Assembly (NCBI RefSeq): GCF_963921235.1
Contig: NC_086107.1
Coordinates: 114,268,001-114,332,000, forward strand
Source of the DNA: Mobula hypostoma
Lineage: Eukaryota
DNA length: 64,000 nt
Reading direction: 5' to 3'
Below the pieces are notes generated by a model, which saw nothing but the letters and a program-made list of their open reading frames with translations, was not told the DNA's origin and ran no database searches. Below are positions 12,416-24,227 of this stretch, piece by piece (positions within the stretch are counted from its first letter, which is position 1; the number at the start of each line of letters is the position of its first letter). Both the position numbers and the translations under genes were made by a program.

Positions 12416-13321
12416 GAGAAGGTGCATATCACATCGGCAGGGAAAATTCACAAGGATGTTGCTGGGTCTGGAGGATCGAGGAGTTAGGACTTTATTCCTT
12501 GTAAAATGGAAGATTGAGAGGAGATTCGGTGGAGGTATACAAAATGATGAGGGGTATAGATACTGTAAATGTAATCAGCCTTTTTCCACTGAGGTTGGAT
12601 GAGACGACATGGGTCAGGGGTGAAAGGTGAAAAGTTTAAGGAGACCATGAGGAGAAACGTCTTCACTCAGAGGGATGTGAGGTGTGGAGCGAATGGCCAG
12701 CACAAGTGGTGCATGCAAACTCAATTTCAATGTTGAGAGAAGGTTGGATAGGTACATGGATGGTCAGGGGAATGGAGAGCTATGCTCCCGGTGTACATCA
12801 ATGGGAGTCAGCATGGACTAGATGAGCTGAAGGGCTTGTTTCCATGCTGAACCTTTCTATTACTCTGTGACTGATATGGGCCACTTCCTTATTGGCTCTG
12901 GCCCTGCATTGTCCTATAGCTTTGCCCTCAGTCTTGTGCTTTTTGTCCTTTTCAACTGAGTGGTTCAAAGCAGGTGAACCAGGCACTGAGTCCAGTGAGA
13001 TGACAGAACACTCCTCCTACAAACCTACCATTTTACAGCTGCTTGTCTGAGAATGGCCTCAAGTTTAGTAGGTCATTATCAGAAAATTCTCTTGTGTCCA
13101 CAGTCCAGTGCTATAATTAAATTATCCCAGAGCAAGAAATCTGTTCAAACAGTTCACAAAATGGTGGCTGCAAGGACAGTCTCACAAAATGTCTGCCACC
13201 ATTCTTCTTCTTCTTGGCTAACAAACTGTATGGGTATTGTCAGACGTAAGTTTTTACACAGAATGGTGGGGGCATGGAACGCACTGCCAGGTGTGGTGGT
13301 AGAGGCAGATACATTAGGAAC

Positions 13322-13868
13322 AGTTAACGAGTTTACGGCGCTAGCCAGGCGTCAGAGAACATTTCGGGAGTGCAATGTTATGTGTTTCACTGGAACGGGG
13401 CTGCACGAGGACATACCCGATCAAAACTTTTCCATGGACAGCTTCCAGACCGTTCGGGCTGACCGGAAGTGCACTGAGAGCGGTAAGCGTTAAGGAGTTG
13501 GGTGCTTACTGTTCTGGTTAACAACAGATGATGCAATCCAGGTCATATTACGATCGAGGAACGTGTTTGTAGACTGGATATTGAACTTTTTACTGTTGGA
13601 CTTCGGCCATATTGCACTGAGATACAACACTGGGCGGCACGGGAGGTCGTTCCTGCCTGTGGCCATTGAACTTGCAGCTCCTCCTGTGGAGGGTCAGACA
13701 CCCTGAGCCAATAGACTGGTCCTGGACTTATTTTCCATCTGGCATAGTTTGCATTTTGTTGTTTGATTGTTTGTGGTTTTCCTATTGCTATATTTACGCT
13801 CTATTCTTGGTTGGTGCGGCTGTAATGAAACCCAATTTCCCTCGGGATCAATAAAGTATATCTATCTT
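13322..13868 (+). mobile_element. Internally deleted Rex1-derived non-autonomous element (endonuclease start fused to 3' end), 5'-truncated
   Basis: RECNVMCFTGTGLH...VRADR joined directly to the 3' UTR ending GATCAATAAAGTATATCTATCT; inserted in a CR1 3' fragment. Confidence 0.7.
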
Positions 13869-14422
13869 TAAGAGACTCCTAGATAGGCACATGGATGAAA
13901 GAAAAACAGAGGGCTATGTAGGAGGGGAGGGTTAGATTGATCTTGGAGTAGGTTAGAAGGTCAGCACAACGTTATGGCCCTGTACTGTTCTGTTCTAATG
14001 GAGGGAGAATGAGGTGATGTGAGGGAGAATGGAGGGGAGAGGGGAGGGGAGATGGAGAATAATGAGGGAGGAGATGTGTGGCGAGAAGGGGTGATGGAGA
14101 ATAGAGAGGAGGGGAGGGAGAGTGGAGGGGAAAGAGTGGATAGGATAGGAGATGGGAGATGGAGAACAGGAAGGGGCTTCATTCCCAAAGCAAAGCCAGA
14201 GGCTGTCAGAAACACTCAGCAGGTTAGGCAGCCTCCGTGGGAATGGAAACGGTGCTGCTGATACTTTCTGGATTTGACCTAACATTCCCAGTCCTGAAAC
14301 ACCAATTCCTACCCTGTCCTTGGACGTTGCTGGCATTCCCTGTACCTTTCGAGGAGAAGGTTTCATGTTCATTAATGTGGAACGTCAGGTATATTGACAA
14401 GTGCAGGTCTGCACAGGTGCAG

Positions 14423-14542
14423 TGTAAAACCTGCCTGCAGCAACTTCACAGGTATGCTGCCAATGTAAAACCTACCTGCAGCAACTTCACAGGTATGCTG
14501 CCAATGTAAAACCTGCCTGCAGCAGCTTCACAGGTATGCTGC
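14423..14542. repeat. 41-bp tandem repeat, about 3 copies
   Basis: TGTAAAACCTGCCTGCAGCAACTTCACAGGTATGCTGCCAA x3, ending at the left TSD of the 14548 insertion. Confidence 0.9.
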
Positions 14543-14547
14543 ATAAG

Positions 14548-15989
14548 CAGGGATGGACTTCAGGCAGGGCTAGGCTGGGCTGCGGCCCAGGGGCCCGAGC
14601 TGCAGAGGGGCCCAAAATAGGTAGCTATCATCATGGCGGACAAAAAAAAATATGAGAGTGGAGCACAGAAAAGAAACAAGAAAAAGAGGACCGTGAGAAA
14701 GAAGCATTAAAAAAGACATTGAAATTGACAGAATTTTTTAAACCTGTTCTCGATGATGCAGCAGTACCATCGCTCTTGTCACAGTCCGAGACCGGTGGAC
14801 AAATGGAGACTTGTTCAACAGCTAGCGCTAGCACCAGTGTTAGCACAGGACCACCGTCCTTGCCACAGTCAGCAGCTAACGCTGAAGAGGCAGAGAGCAT
14901 GACTTTGGGATTCCCGACCACAGAGGCCTCCGAACAACCAAGTCGGGCTGCCACTAATGTTAACATTACCGCTACTGAGGATCCTTACAGCACTGATCCT
15001 GCTCGCACGGGAAAGGAAATGTTAGATGATTCATTCCGAGTGTACTGGGCTAAGAAAGGGCTGGAGTCCTGCCAGAATAAGAATGTGGATATCAAAGCTT
15101 TGGAACGAGTATACAAACAGCAGAGATGTTTTTTCTCCAAATTTCACTTCAAACGCAGGCTCGTAAATGGTGAGTACATATCACGGCAATTCCTCTTATA
15201 TTCCCCTTCCACCGGCTGTGTGTTTTGTTTTGCATGCCGCATCTTCAGTGATGGTAACTGTCAGTCCATCTTCGAAACTGGCTTTAGCGACTGGAAACAT
15301 GGCGCTGAGCACATAGGAGAGCGTGGAAAACAAGCATCTGACTTTGAAAATATCTAGGCTTGTGTGTCAGTGCTGTTCCTGTTTTTGGGGCAATAGGCTA
15401 ATAGTTGACTGTTTACAATCTTAGTAAGTAATAAGTGGTCTTTACTCTGCAAGCCACACAGTACAGCAATAGGTTAGTATGTGCTGGATCTCATTTTTCA
15501 AAAGGATTGTTGGAGTATTGTCAAGTTTCCTAGTTTGCCATAGTGCCATCTCTCGTGGCCTTTTTGTCTCTCATTTGTGTTTCACTTTCTCAGAACACAC
15601 GGTTGAGAAAAATACCGAGTTAAAAATGCTTTGGCATAGTTTGAGAAATAAGGCCTCGCAGCAATAGCTGAATAAAGATTTAAGATTGGGTATATCAAGC
15701 TTCGTCTCCCTCATAACTTTACTAAGCCAACTAAGCCTAGGTCAATTTTTGAGTGCTTTAGATGCTGTCCTTCAAACTAAGAATCTGCATTACTTTCTGT
15801 CTTCCCTCTTAAGGCCTGTAAGTTTACAGCCTACGTATTGTACTAAACCAATGTCTTGGTCCACAGCTTTGATATTTAGACCAGTACGAACTTTGCTCTT
15901 GTTCTTGCCTTTTTTTGCTTGCTACAGCAGCATTTTACCGTGTCGGCAGGGGCCCGTAAGGGCCTCCAGCCCCACTAAATCCGGCTCTG
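14548..15989 (+). mobile_element. hAT transposon B, copy 2 (extra ~370-bp deletion near 15322)
   Basis: Starts CAGGGATGGACTTCAGG after TGCATAAG; ends CCGGCTCTG followed by GGTGAGCG; homologous to 5446-7255. Confidence 0.88.
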
Positions 15990-18049
15990 GGTGAGCGTAA
16001 CACTTGGTGTCAAATCTGGTGTTGCTACAGTTCTCAAGGAACATTACCCTGATGTGATAATTTAGCACTGTCTTAATCACAGATTAGAACTTGCAGTAGG
16101 TGGTTCGGTGAGAGAAGTTCATGGAATAAATCATTTCCAATCATTTATGGACAAATTGTACTCTGTTTACAGTAGATCACCTCTAAATCAAAAGGAACTG
16201 TCTGAACGTGCCTCTCAACTAGAACAACAAATTTGAAATATAGGCTGTGTTCTGGGCACCAGGTGGGTAGCTAGCTCATTTCCAACAGTTTCAGCAGTGC
16301 GGCAAAATTATGAAGCACTGTGTTTTCGTTTTGAAAAAGCAATGAAGGATGAAACAAGATCTGGAAGTGACAGAAAAACCTATGAAGGTCTGTTGAAAAG
16401 ACTCTCTTCAGAATAGTTTCTATTGGATTCACATTGTATGAACTTGGTTTACTGTCAGAGTGTTTACAGAAATGCAGTACTACGATTGTTTATGCTGACA
16501 AACTGATCCAACAGAGCATAAGATCACTGCATGGAGTGAAAGAGCAACCTGGTACAAAAACTCTAGAAGCTCAAGAGGCAGTTGAAAAGGGGAAGTTTGG
16601 AGAAACTACCTTAACAAGCAACAACAAAATTGTCTCCATTAATTATCTACAGTTTCTTCCTAGACTTATAAACAATTTGCAGCACTGTATGTTCAAGGCA
16701 ACATACTTGAAAAACAAACTTCTCAACTTCAAAGTATATATAAATCCCTGCTAAATGAAATGTGTGCCCTTGATAAAGATAACGGGCCTGCTGAAACACT
16801 GCCTAATTATGGAGAAGCTGCAATATCATCTCTGTAAGAGGTTTAAGCTTTCTTCCTCCTCTGTAATAAATGCCTTCAGAGATTATGTGGAGGATCAGGG
16901 ACACCACATCTCCCAAGATTTACGCTTGTTACTTGAGCTGTTCACAAGTTATTCCGATTAGTAAACACAAAATACTCTGCAGATGCTGGGGTCAAAGCAA
17001 CACTCACAGCACGCTGGAGGAACTCAGCAGGTCTGGCAGCATCCGTGGAAATGAACAGTCAATGCCTCATTCTACTACCCATTTTCCTTCTTCATCTTTC
17101 CTGTCTATCCCCTCCCCCACCCCTTTATCTTTCCCCTTACTGGTTTTTCACCTGGAACCTACCAGCCTTCTCCTTCCCACCCTCCCCCCATCTCTTTATA
17201 GGGCCCCTGCTCCCTCCCTCTTCAGTCCTGATGAAGGGTTCCGGCCCGAAACGTTGACTGTTCATTTCCACGGATGCTGCCCAAACTGCTGAGTTCCCCC
17301 AGCGCGTTGTGAGTGTTGCTTATTCCTATTAGTACTGCTGAGTGTGAGAGAGGAATCAGTCACATGAACTTGATAATAACAACAACACGCTCAAGAATTC
17401 TCATAAATCACCTATCAGCACTTATGTTTGTTAAACTACATGGACCTCCGCTAGTTCAGTGGAATCCTGAGCCGTACGTCACATCATGGCTGCGGTACCA
17501 CAGATCAACGGATGACAGCAGGACAAGAGTTGCTTCACACCCCCAAACACACATTATGCCAGACCCTTTGTGAAAATTAGTGTGAAACTTCTCATTGGTG
17601 GCATTTGGCAAGTAGGTAATTATTTTTAAATTGGTAAAATTCATGATTACCATCTTTTTCTTTACCTGCTTGGTAATTATATTTTATGATAATTAGTGAG
17701 TCATCATCATAGTTTGTCACACCAGACAGCCAGCCGCCACCCTAGTATTGTTTGGTTGATGTTGAGCAGGTCAGTGTACCCTGCTCATTACATGAATGGG
17801 GCAAGGACATGAAATGAGCAGGTAAACAAATTGGGTGTGGCATATATAGAGGGAAGGAGCACCTTACGCCTCCTTTGGTAGAGATGTATCTCCACCCCGC
17901 CACCCATGCCCAGCAGAAGGCAATGACTAACAACTTCAGTTAAAAAAAAAATGCCAAGAGCAATCACAGTCAAAGACTACGATTACCTCCGTCACACGAC
18001 AAGGCAAATAGCAATGATGATGACATTGTCCCTATGGGTTCATCATCAT
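15990..18049 (+). repeat. Near-identical duplicate of 7256-9313 (3' half of hAT A, including its Penelope insert)
   Basis: Colinear match; ORF pairs 7700/16434, 8021/16755, 8136/16870 and 8579/17313 are almost identical. Confidence 0.95.
17223..17260 (+). ncRNA. Minimal type I hammerhead ribozyme motif (duplicate copy, sense strand of hsd3b7 intron 1)
   Basis: Identical to 8489-8526. Confidence 0.7.
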
Positions 18050-18582
18050 TTTTCACCTCCTACTCTCTGTATATCACTAACGGTGCAAACAACTTTACTA
18101 TTTTCTTTTTCTTCCTTCTCCCCTACATCTGTTCCTACACTCTGGTTCCCCTCCCCCCTCGTATCTAGTTTAAATCCACTGGAGCCTCTCTAGCAAACCT
18201 AATTGCAAGAATATTTGTCCCCCTCCAGTTCAGATGAAAACCATCCCGTCGGAACAGGTCCCACCTTCCCTGGAAAACTGCTCAATTATCTATAAATCTG
18301 AAGCCCTCCCTCCAGCACCATGTCTTCAGCCACATGTTGATCTGCGGTATCTTACTATTTCTAAACCCGCCTGCACATGGCACGGGTAGCAATCCTGAGA
18401 TTTAAAATGTGAAAGTGATAAGGAAGGGGATCCCTATTTTATGTTTTTAGATCGAATTGAACTGCCTGATCAGAAAGCTGCAATTATTGCTAAGCATCTA
18501 TTGAACTGTCTCAATAACCATGGGTTTGATGACTGTTACTTCAAACAGAACCTTGTAGCATTTGCTAGTGATGGGGTGAGCA
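18050..18582 (+). repeat. Duplicate of 4913-5445 (CR1 5' piece plus hAT A middle)
   Basis: Colinear match including the CR1/hAT A junction GCAATCCTGAGATTTAAAATGTG; ends in GGTGAGCA. Confidence 0.93.
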
Positions 18583-20398
18583 CAGGGCCAGACTTCAGGC
18601 AGGGCTAGGCTGGGCTGCGGCCCAGGGGCCCAAAATAGGTAGCTATCATCATGGCGGACAAAAAAAAATACGAGAGTGGAGCACAGAATAGAAACAAGAA
18701 ACAAGAAAAAGAGGACCGTGAGAAAGAAGGGTTAAAAAAGTCATTGAAATTGACAGAATTTTTTAAACCTGTTCTCGATGATGCAGCAGTACCATCGCTC
18801 TTGTCACAGTCCGAGACCGGTGGACAAACGGAGACTTGTTCAACAGCTAGCGCTAGCACCAGTGTTAGCACAGGACCACCGTCCCTGCCACAGTCAGCAG
18901 CTAACGCTGAAGAGGCAGAGAGCATGACTTTGAGATTCCTGACCACAGAGGCCTCCGAATAACCAAGTCCGGCTGCCATTAACGTTAACATTACCGCTAC
19001 TGAGGATCCTTACAGCACTGATCCTACTCGCACGGGAAAGGAAATGTTAGATGATTCAGTCCGAGCGTACTGGGCTACGAAAGGGCCGGAGTCCTGCCAG
19101 AATAAGGATGTGGAATATCAAAGCTTTGGAACGAGTATACAAACAGCAGAGACGTTTTTTCTCCGAATTTCACTTCAAACGCAGGCTCGTAAATGGTCAG
19201 TACATATCAAGGCAATTCCTCTTATATTCCCCTTCCACCGGCTGTGTGTTTTGTTTTGCATGCTGCATCTTCAGTGATGGTAACTGTCAGTCCATCTTCG
19301 AAACTGGCTTTAGCGACTGGAAACATGCCGCTGAACGCATAGGAGAGCATGAAAATAGCGAACACCACAGGAAAACGATACTGACCTACGTTACACTAGC
19401 GTCTGACAGCGGAAGAATAGATACAGAACTACAAAAACAGTTCGAGTCAGAGTGTGTCTACTGGACCGACGTATTGAGGAGAGTGTTGGTGGTTGTGAAG
19501 TTTTTGGTCGAGAGGGGACGGGCTATCCGAGGCTCCAGTGACATATTTGGCAGGTCTGATAATGGCAACTACATAGGCTCAGATCCACAATGGGACAGGA
19601 CAGGCTGAGTCATCTTACTCTGATGTCACTTGAAAGTGATCTTGTTCAGAAACTGGATTTTAGTGATCTGTTCCAGGACATTGCTGCAAAGAAATCCAGA
19701 AGAACTGGGCTTTAATTTTGAAAAACAAGCATCTGACTTTGAAAATATCTAGGCTTGTGTGTCAGCGCTGTTCCTGTTTTTGGGGCAATAGGCTAATAGT
19801 TGACTGTTTGCAATCTTAGTAAGTAATAAGTGGTCTTTACTCTGCAAGCCACACAGTACAGCAATAGGTTAGTATGTGCTGGATCTCATTTTTCAAAAGG
19901 ATTGTTGGAGTATTGTCAAGTTTCCTAGTTTGCCATAGTGCCATCTCTCGTGGCCTTTTTGTCTCTCATTTGTGTTTCACTTTCTCAGAACACACGGTTG
20001 AGAAAAATACCGAGTTAAAAATGCTTTGGCATAGTTTGAGAAATAAGGCCTCGCAGCAATAGCTGATTAAAGATTTAAGATTGGGTATATCAAGCTTCGT
20101 CTCCCTCATAACTTTACTAAGCCAACTAAGCCTAGGTCAATTTTTGAGTGCTTTAGATGCTGTCCTTCAAACTAAGAATCTGCATTACTTTCTGTCCTCC
20201 CTCTTAAGGCCTTTAAGTTTACAGCCTACGTATTGTACTAAACCAATGTCTTGGTCCACAGCTTTGATATTTAGACCAGTACGAACTTTGCTCTTGTTCT
20301 TGCCTTTTTTTGCTTGCTACAGCAGCATTTTACCGTGTCGGCAGGGGCCCATCAGGGCCTCCAGCCCAGGGCCCCCGGCCCCACTAAATCCGGCCTTG
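18583..20398 (+). mobile_element. hAT transposon B, copy 3
   Basis: Intact TIRs CAGGGCCAGACT / AATCCGGCCTTG; preceded by GGTGAGCA and followed by TGCATAAG (20399-20406); ORFs nearly identical to copy 1. Confidence 0.9.
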
Positions 20399-20747
20399 TG
20401 CATAAGGTAAACTGCATTCACATAAATTAAACACAAATTATACCCTGTTTTTACAAGAAAGAACAGATGTTAAAAATTCATTGCGCCAAGTGGAAAGGGT
20501 TGCCCTGCTGAGGTACTGATTAGGCTTGTGTTGGCTGCTCGGGAACTGAACCGTTGAAGGGGAGTGGCTTGTTGGATCCCGATGCTTTTGCGATCTGAAA
20601 GTTCTTCAGTAGCCAACTAACTCACTCCCTGTTACACCGCTGGTGTTCAGGGCAGCAATGAAGGTCCTCCATCTCTGGTGGTGTTCCGGGCTTCCTTCGT
20701 TGTGTCAGTAGCCTCCTTTCAGAAGCTACGTGAGGCCCACTCACTGC

Positions 20748-22745
20748 ACGCTGGAGGAACTCAGCAGGTCGGGCAGCATTCGTGGAAATGATCAGTCAAC
20801 GTTTCGGGCCGGAACCCTTTGTCAGGACTGAAGAGGGAGGGGGCAGAGGCCCTAAGGTTGGGGGAGGGTGGGAAGGAGAAGGCTGGTAGGTTCCAGGTGA
20901 AAAACCAGTAAGGGGAAAGATAAAGGGGTGGGGGAGGGGAGGCAGGGAGGTGATAGGCAGGAAAGGTGGAGAAGGAACAGGGGAAAACACAATGGGTAGT
21001 AGAAGGAGGCAGAACCATGAGGGAGGTGGTAGGCAGCTGGGGGAGGGGCAGAGTGAAACTGGGATAGAGGAAGGGAGGGGGAGGGAATTACCAGAAGTTG
21101 GAGAATTCTATGTTCATGCCAAGGGGCTGGAGACTACCCAGATGGTATATGAAGTGTTGCTCCTTCAACCTGAGTTTAGCCTCATCATGGCAGTAGAGGA
21201 GGCCATGTATGGACATATCCGAATGGGAAGCAGAGTTGAAGTGGGTGGCAACCGGGAGATCCTGTCTGTTTTGGCGGACTGAGCGGAGGTGCTCGACGAA
21301 GCGGTCCCCCAATCTGCGTCGGGTTTCACCAATGTAGAGGAGGCCGCACCGGGAGCACCGGATGCAATAGATGACACCAACAGACTCACAAGTGAAGTGT
21401 TGCCTCACTTGGAAGGACTGTTTGGGGCCCTGAATGGTGGCAAGAGAGGAGGTGTAGGGACAGGTGTAGCACTTACGCTTACAGGAATAAGTGCCGGGTG
21501 GGAGATCTGTGGGGAGGGACGTTTGGATCAGGGAGTCACGGAGCGAACGATCCCTGTGGAAAGCGGACAAGGGTGGCGAGGGAAAGATGTGCTTAGTGGT
21601 GGGGTCCTGTTGGAGGTGGCGGAAGGTACGGAGGATAATGTGCTGGATCTGGAGGGTGGTGGGGTGGTAGGTGAGAACAAGGGGAACTCTGTCCCTGTTG
21701 TGGTTGCAGGAGGATGGGGTGAGGGCCAAAGTGCAGGAAATGGAGGAGATGTGGGTGAGGATAATCATTGATGGCAGAAGGGAAACCACACTCCTTAAAG
21801 AAAGAGGACATTTGAGATGTCCTGGAATGGAAAGCCTCATCCTCGGAGCAGATGCGGTGGAGACGGGGGAACTGGGAATAGGGAATAGCATTTTTGCATG
21901 TGGTGGGGTGGGAAGAGGTATAGTTGAGGTAGTTATGAGAGTCAGTGGGCTTGTAGAAGATGTCAGTGGACAGTCTGTCTCCAGAAATGGAGACCGAGAG
22001 ATTGAGAAAGGGGAGAGAAGTGTCCGAGATAGACCAAGTGAATTTCAGGGCTGGGTGGAAGTTTGAAGTAAAGTCGATGAAATTTATGAGCTCAGCATGG
22101 GCGCAGGAAGCAGCACCAATATGGTCGTCAATGTACCAAAGGAAAAGTTAGGGAGCAGTACCAGTATAGGTCTGGAGCACAGACTGTTCCACATAACCAA
22201 CGAAGAGGCAGGCATAGCTGGGGCCCATGCGAGTGGAGTGCCCATAGCTACACCCTTGGTCTGAAGAAAGTGGGAAGAGCCAAAAGACCCTAATATCTCG
22301 GCGACAGTTGGAGATGAAAAGATCAAGTGCAGGTAGAAGGCCCAGGCAGGGTGTCCAGGAGGAGGAGGAGGGTTGAAGATGGGAGAAGGGGTCATCAGTA
22401 GGGGGAGGGGAATCCTTGCCAAAGAAGTAGGCTCAGAGACGTAGGCGACGGAAGAAGAGTTCAGTGTCATGGCGGGCACGGAACTCACTGAGGTGTGGAC
22501 GGAAGGGGACAAAAGTGAGGCCCTTGCTAAGGACAGAACATTCTGCCTCAGAGAGGGGAAGGTCAGAGGGGATGGTGAAGACACGGAAAGGGTTGGGGCT
22601 GGGGTCGGAGGAGTGTGAAGAGTGGGAGTTCTCAGGAGGGAGAGGGGGGTTGGGATGTTCAGGGACTGCGGGGTTAGGGGAGGATGAGGGATCAGAGGAA
22701 TGGAGGAGTGATGAGGGATAGGCCCGGTGGATACTCGGGAACACT
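20748..22745 (-). mobile_element. Penelope-like retroelement (RT partly deleted, GIY-YIG endonuclease)
   Basis: GVIYCIRCSRCGLLYIGETRRRLGDRFVEH (ORF 21088-21891), QTKGVAMG RT motif, N-terminal VLSKGLTFVP; terminal hammerhead variant at 20793-20830 with core CTGACAA. Confidence 0.92.
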
Positions 22746-22771
22746 GTCACACACAGTTGCAGAAGGATTCT

Positions 22772-23012
22772 TCATTGTTGTTCCCATACCAATTTTGTTT
22801 GACCAGTCAGGGTTGTTAGCTCTGGGCTGAACCCCCAAACCTGGAGGGCTGGTGGACTACTCTTTGTCTGCCCTCTACCCTTTGACCTCTTTGGCATGGG
22901 TGACCCTACCAAGGGCCAAAGCAAAATGCCCTGACTCCAGCCAAAATAGCTCTCCAGATTATCAAGGCACGCAATCCTCCAAAACACCATGACAAAGTTG
23001 TGGTCCATTTGG
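22772..23012 (-). mobile_element. RTE-type LINE 5' fragment
   Basis: PMPKRSKGRGQTKSSP...GFS..LTTL, typical of the RTE pre-endonuclease region; an RTE 3' tail is also present at ~20615-20715. Confidence 0.5.
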
Positions 23013-23309
23013 AGGTTCAGAAGTTAATAATGAGGCATAAACTTGATGCTTACAATCATTTTATTAAGTGTTACAAGAGCAAAGGAGGAGAGGAAGAAGA
23101 AACAAGGCAAAAGCAACAAACGAAAGCAGAGAGACTTAGAAATAGGGTGGTCTCATACCAGATGACTGATCAGTGAGATTCCGTTGATAACAATCACCCA
23201 ATAAGATGGTGACATTTAAGCAATGTGACACCCACCATTGAAACCAAGAAGTTGCCAGCAGCAGCTGTAACCACTGGAAAACTCATAGTTTATATAAAAA
23301 TGTAAATAA

Positions 23310-23780
23310 GGTTGAAAGAATACAGAGAAAACTTACAAGGACGTTGCTGAGGGCCTGAGTTTTCAGTAACAACTAAATAGGTTTGGACTTTATTCCTTGG
23401 AACGTAGAAGATTGAGAGGAGATTTAATAGAGGTACACAAAATTATGAGGGGTATAGATGGGGTAAATACAACTGGTCTTTTGCCACTGAAGTTGGGTGG
23501 GACGACAACTAGAGGTCATAGGTTGAGGGTGAAAGGTGAAAAGTTTAAGGGGAACATGAGGGGAAACTTTTCACTCAGAGGAACCTGAGAGTGTGGAACG
23601 AGCTGCCAGCACACGTGGTGCCAGTGGACTCAATTTAAGAGAAGTTTGAGTAGGTACATAGATGGCAGGGGAATGGAGGGCTAAGGTCTGGGTACGGGTC
23701 GACGAGGCTAGGCAGTTTAAATGCTTTGGTACAAACTAGATGGGCCGAAAGTCTTGTTTCTGTGCTGTACTTTTCTATAA
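23310..23780 (+). mobile_element. CR1 3' fragment
   Basis: LERRRLRGDLIEV..KIMRGID motif and CR1 3' UTR. Confidence 0.85.
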
Positions 23781-24227
23781 CTCAACGGCAAACAAGCATA
23801 AGTTAAGCTATAAGGAAAATAACAATTTTGCACCCCAATCCAACATATTACTCCCCGCCCCCCGCCGATTCTAAATCACACATTTCGGACCATTACATCT
23901 GAGGATTCAGAGACAGAAAAACTTGTGGAACCTATGTTAAGTATAAAATTGGTAAAAATGTAACAACAATAAACAATCAGAATAAACTTAATGTCTAGTA
24001 GTTATGAACTCCATTCAAAGTCTTCTGGCTGGATCGTAATTTGCTCAGTGTCCCCGCCCCCCCCCCCCCCCGCAGCAGCGTAGGCTCTGAATCAGAGGTT
24101 ACCAGCATGTAAACCTCAGTGTTTGTTGTCTTAGTCATTGACCACATGAGCTTACTTGCAGTGGTTAGTGGCTAACGTGTATCCCCTAACTTTTAGTTTC
24201 GCCAGCAAGTTAGTAATCAACAGCACC

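Noticed and set aside
14548..20398. Pure assembly artefact
   Set aside because: Copies differ by structured substitutions and indels and the TSD halves are arranged coherently; not fully excluded without reads.
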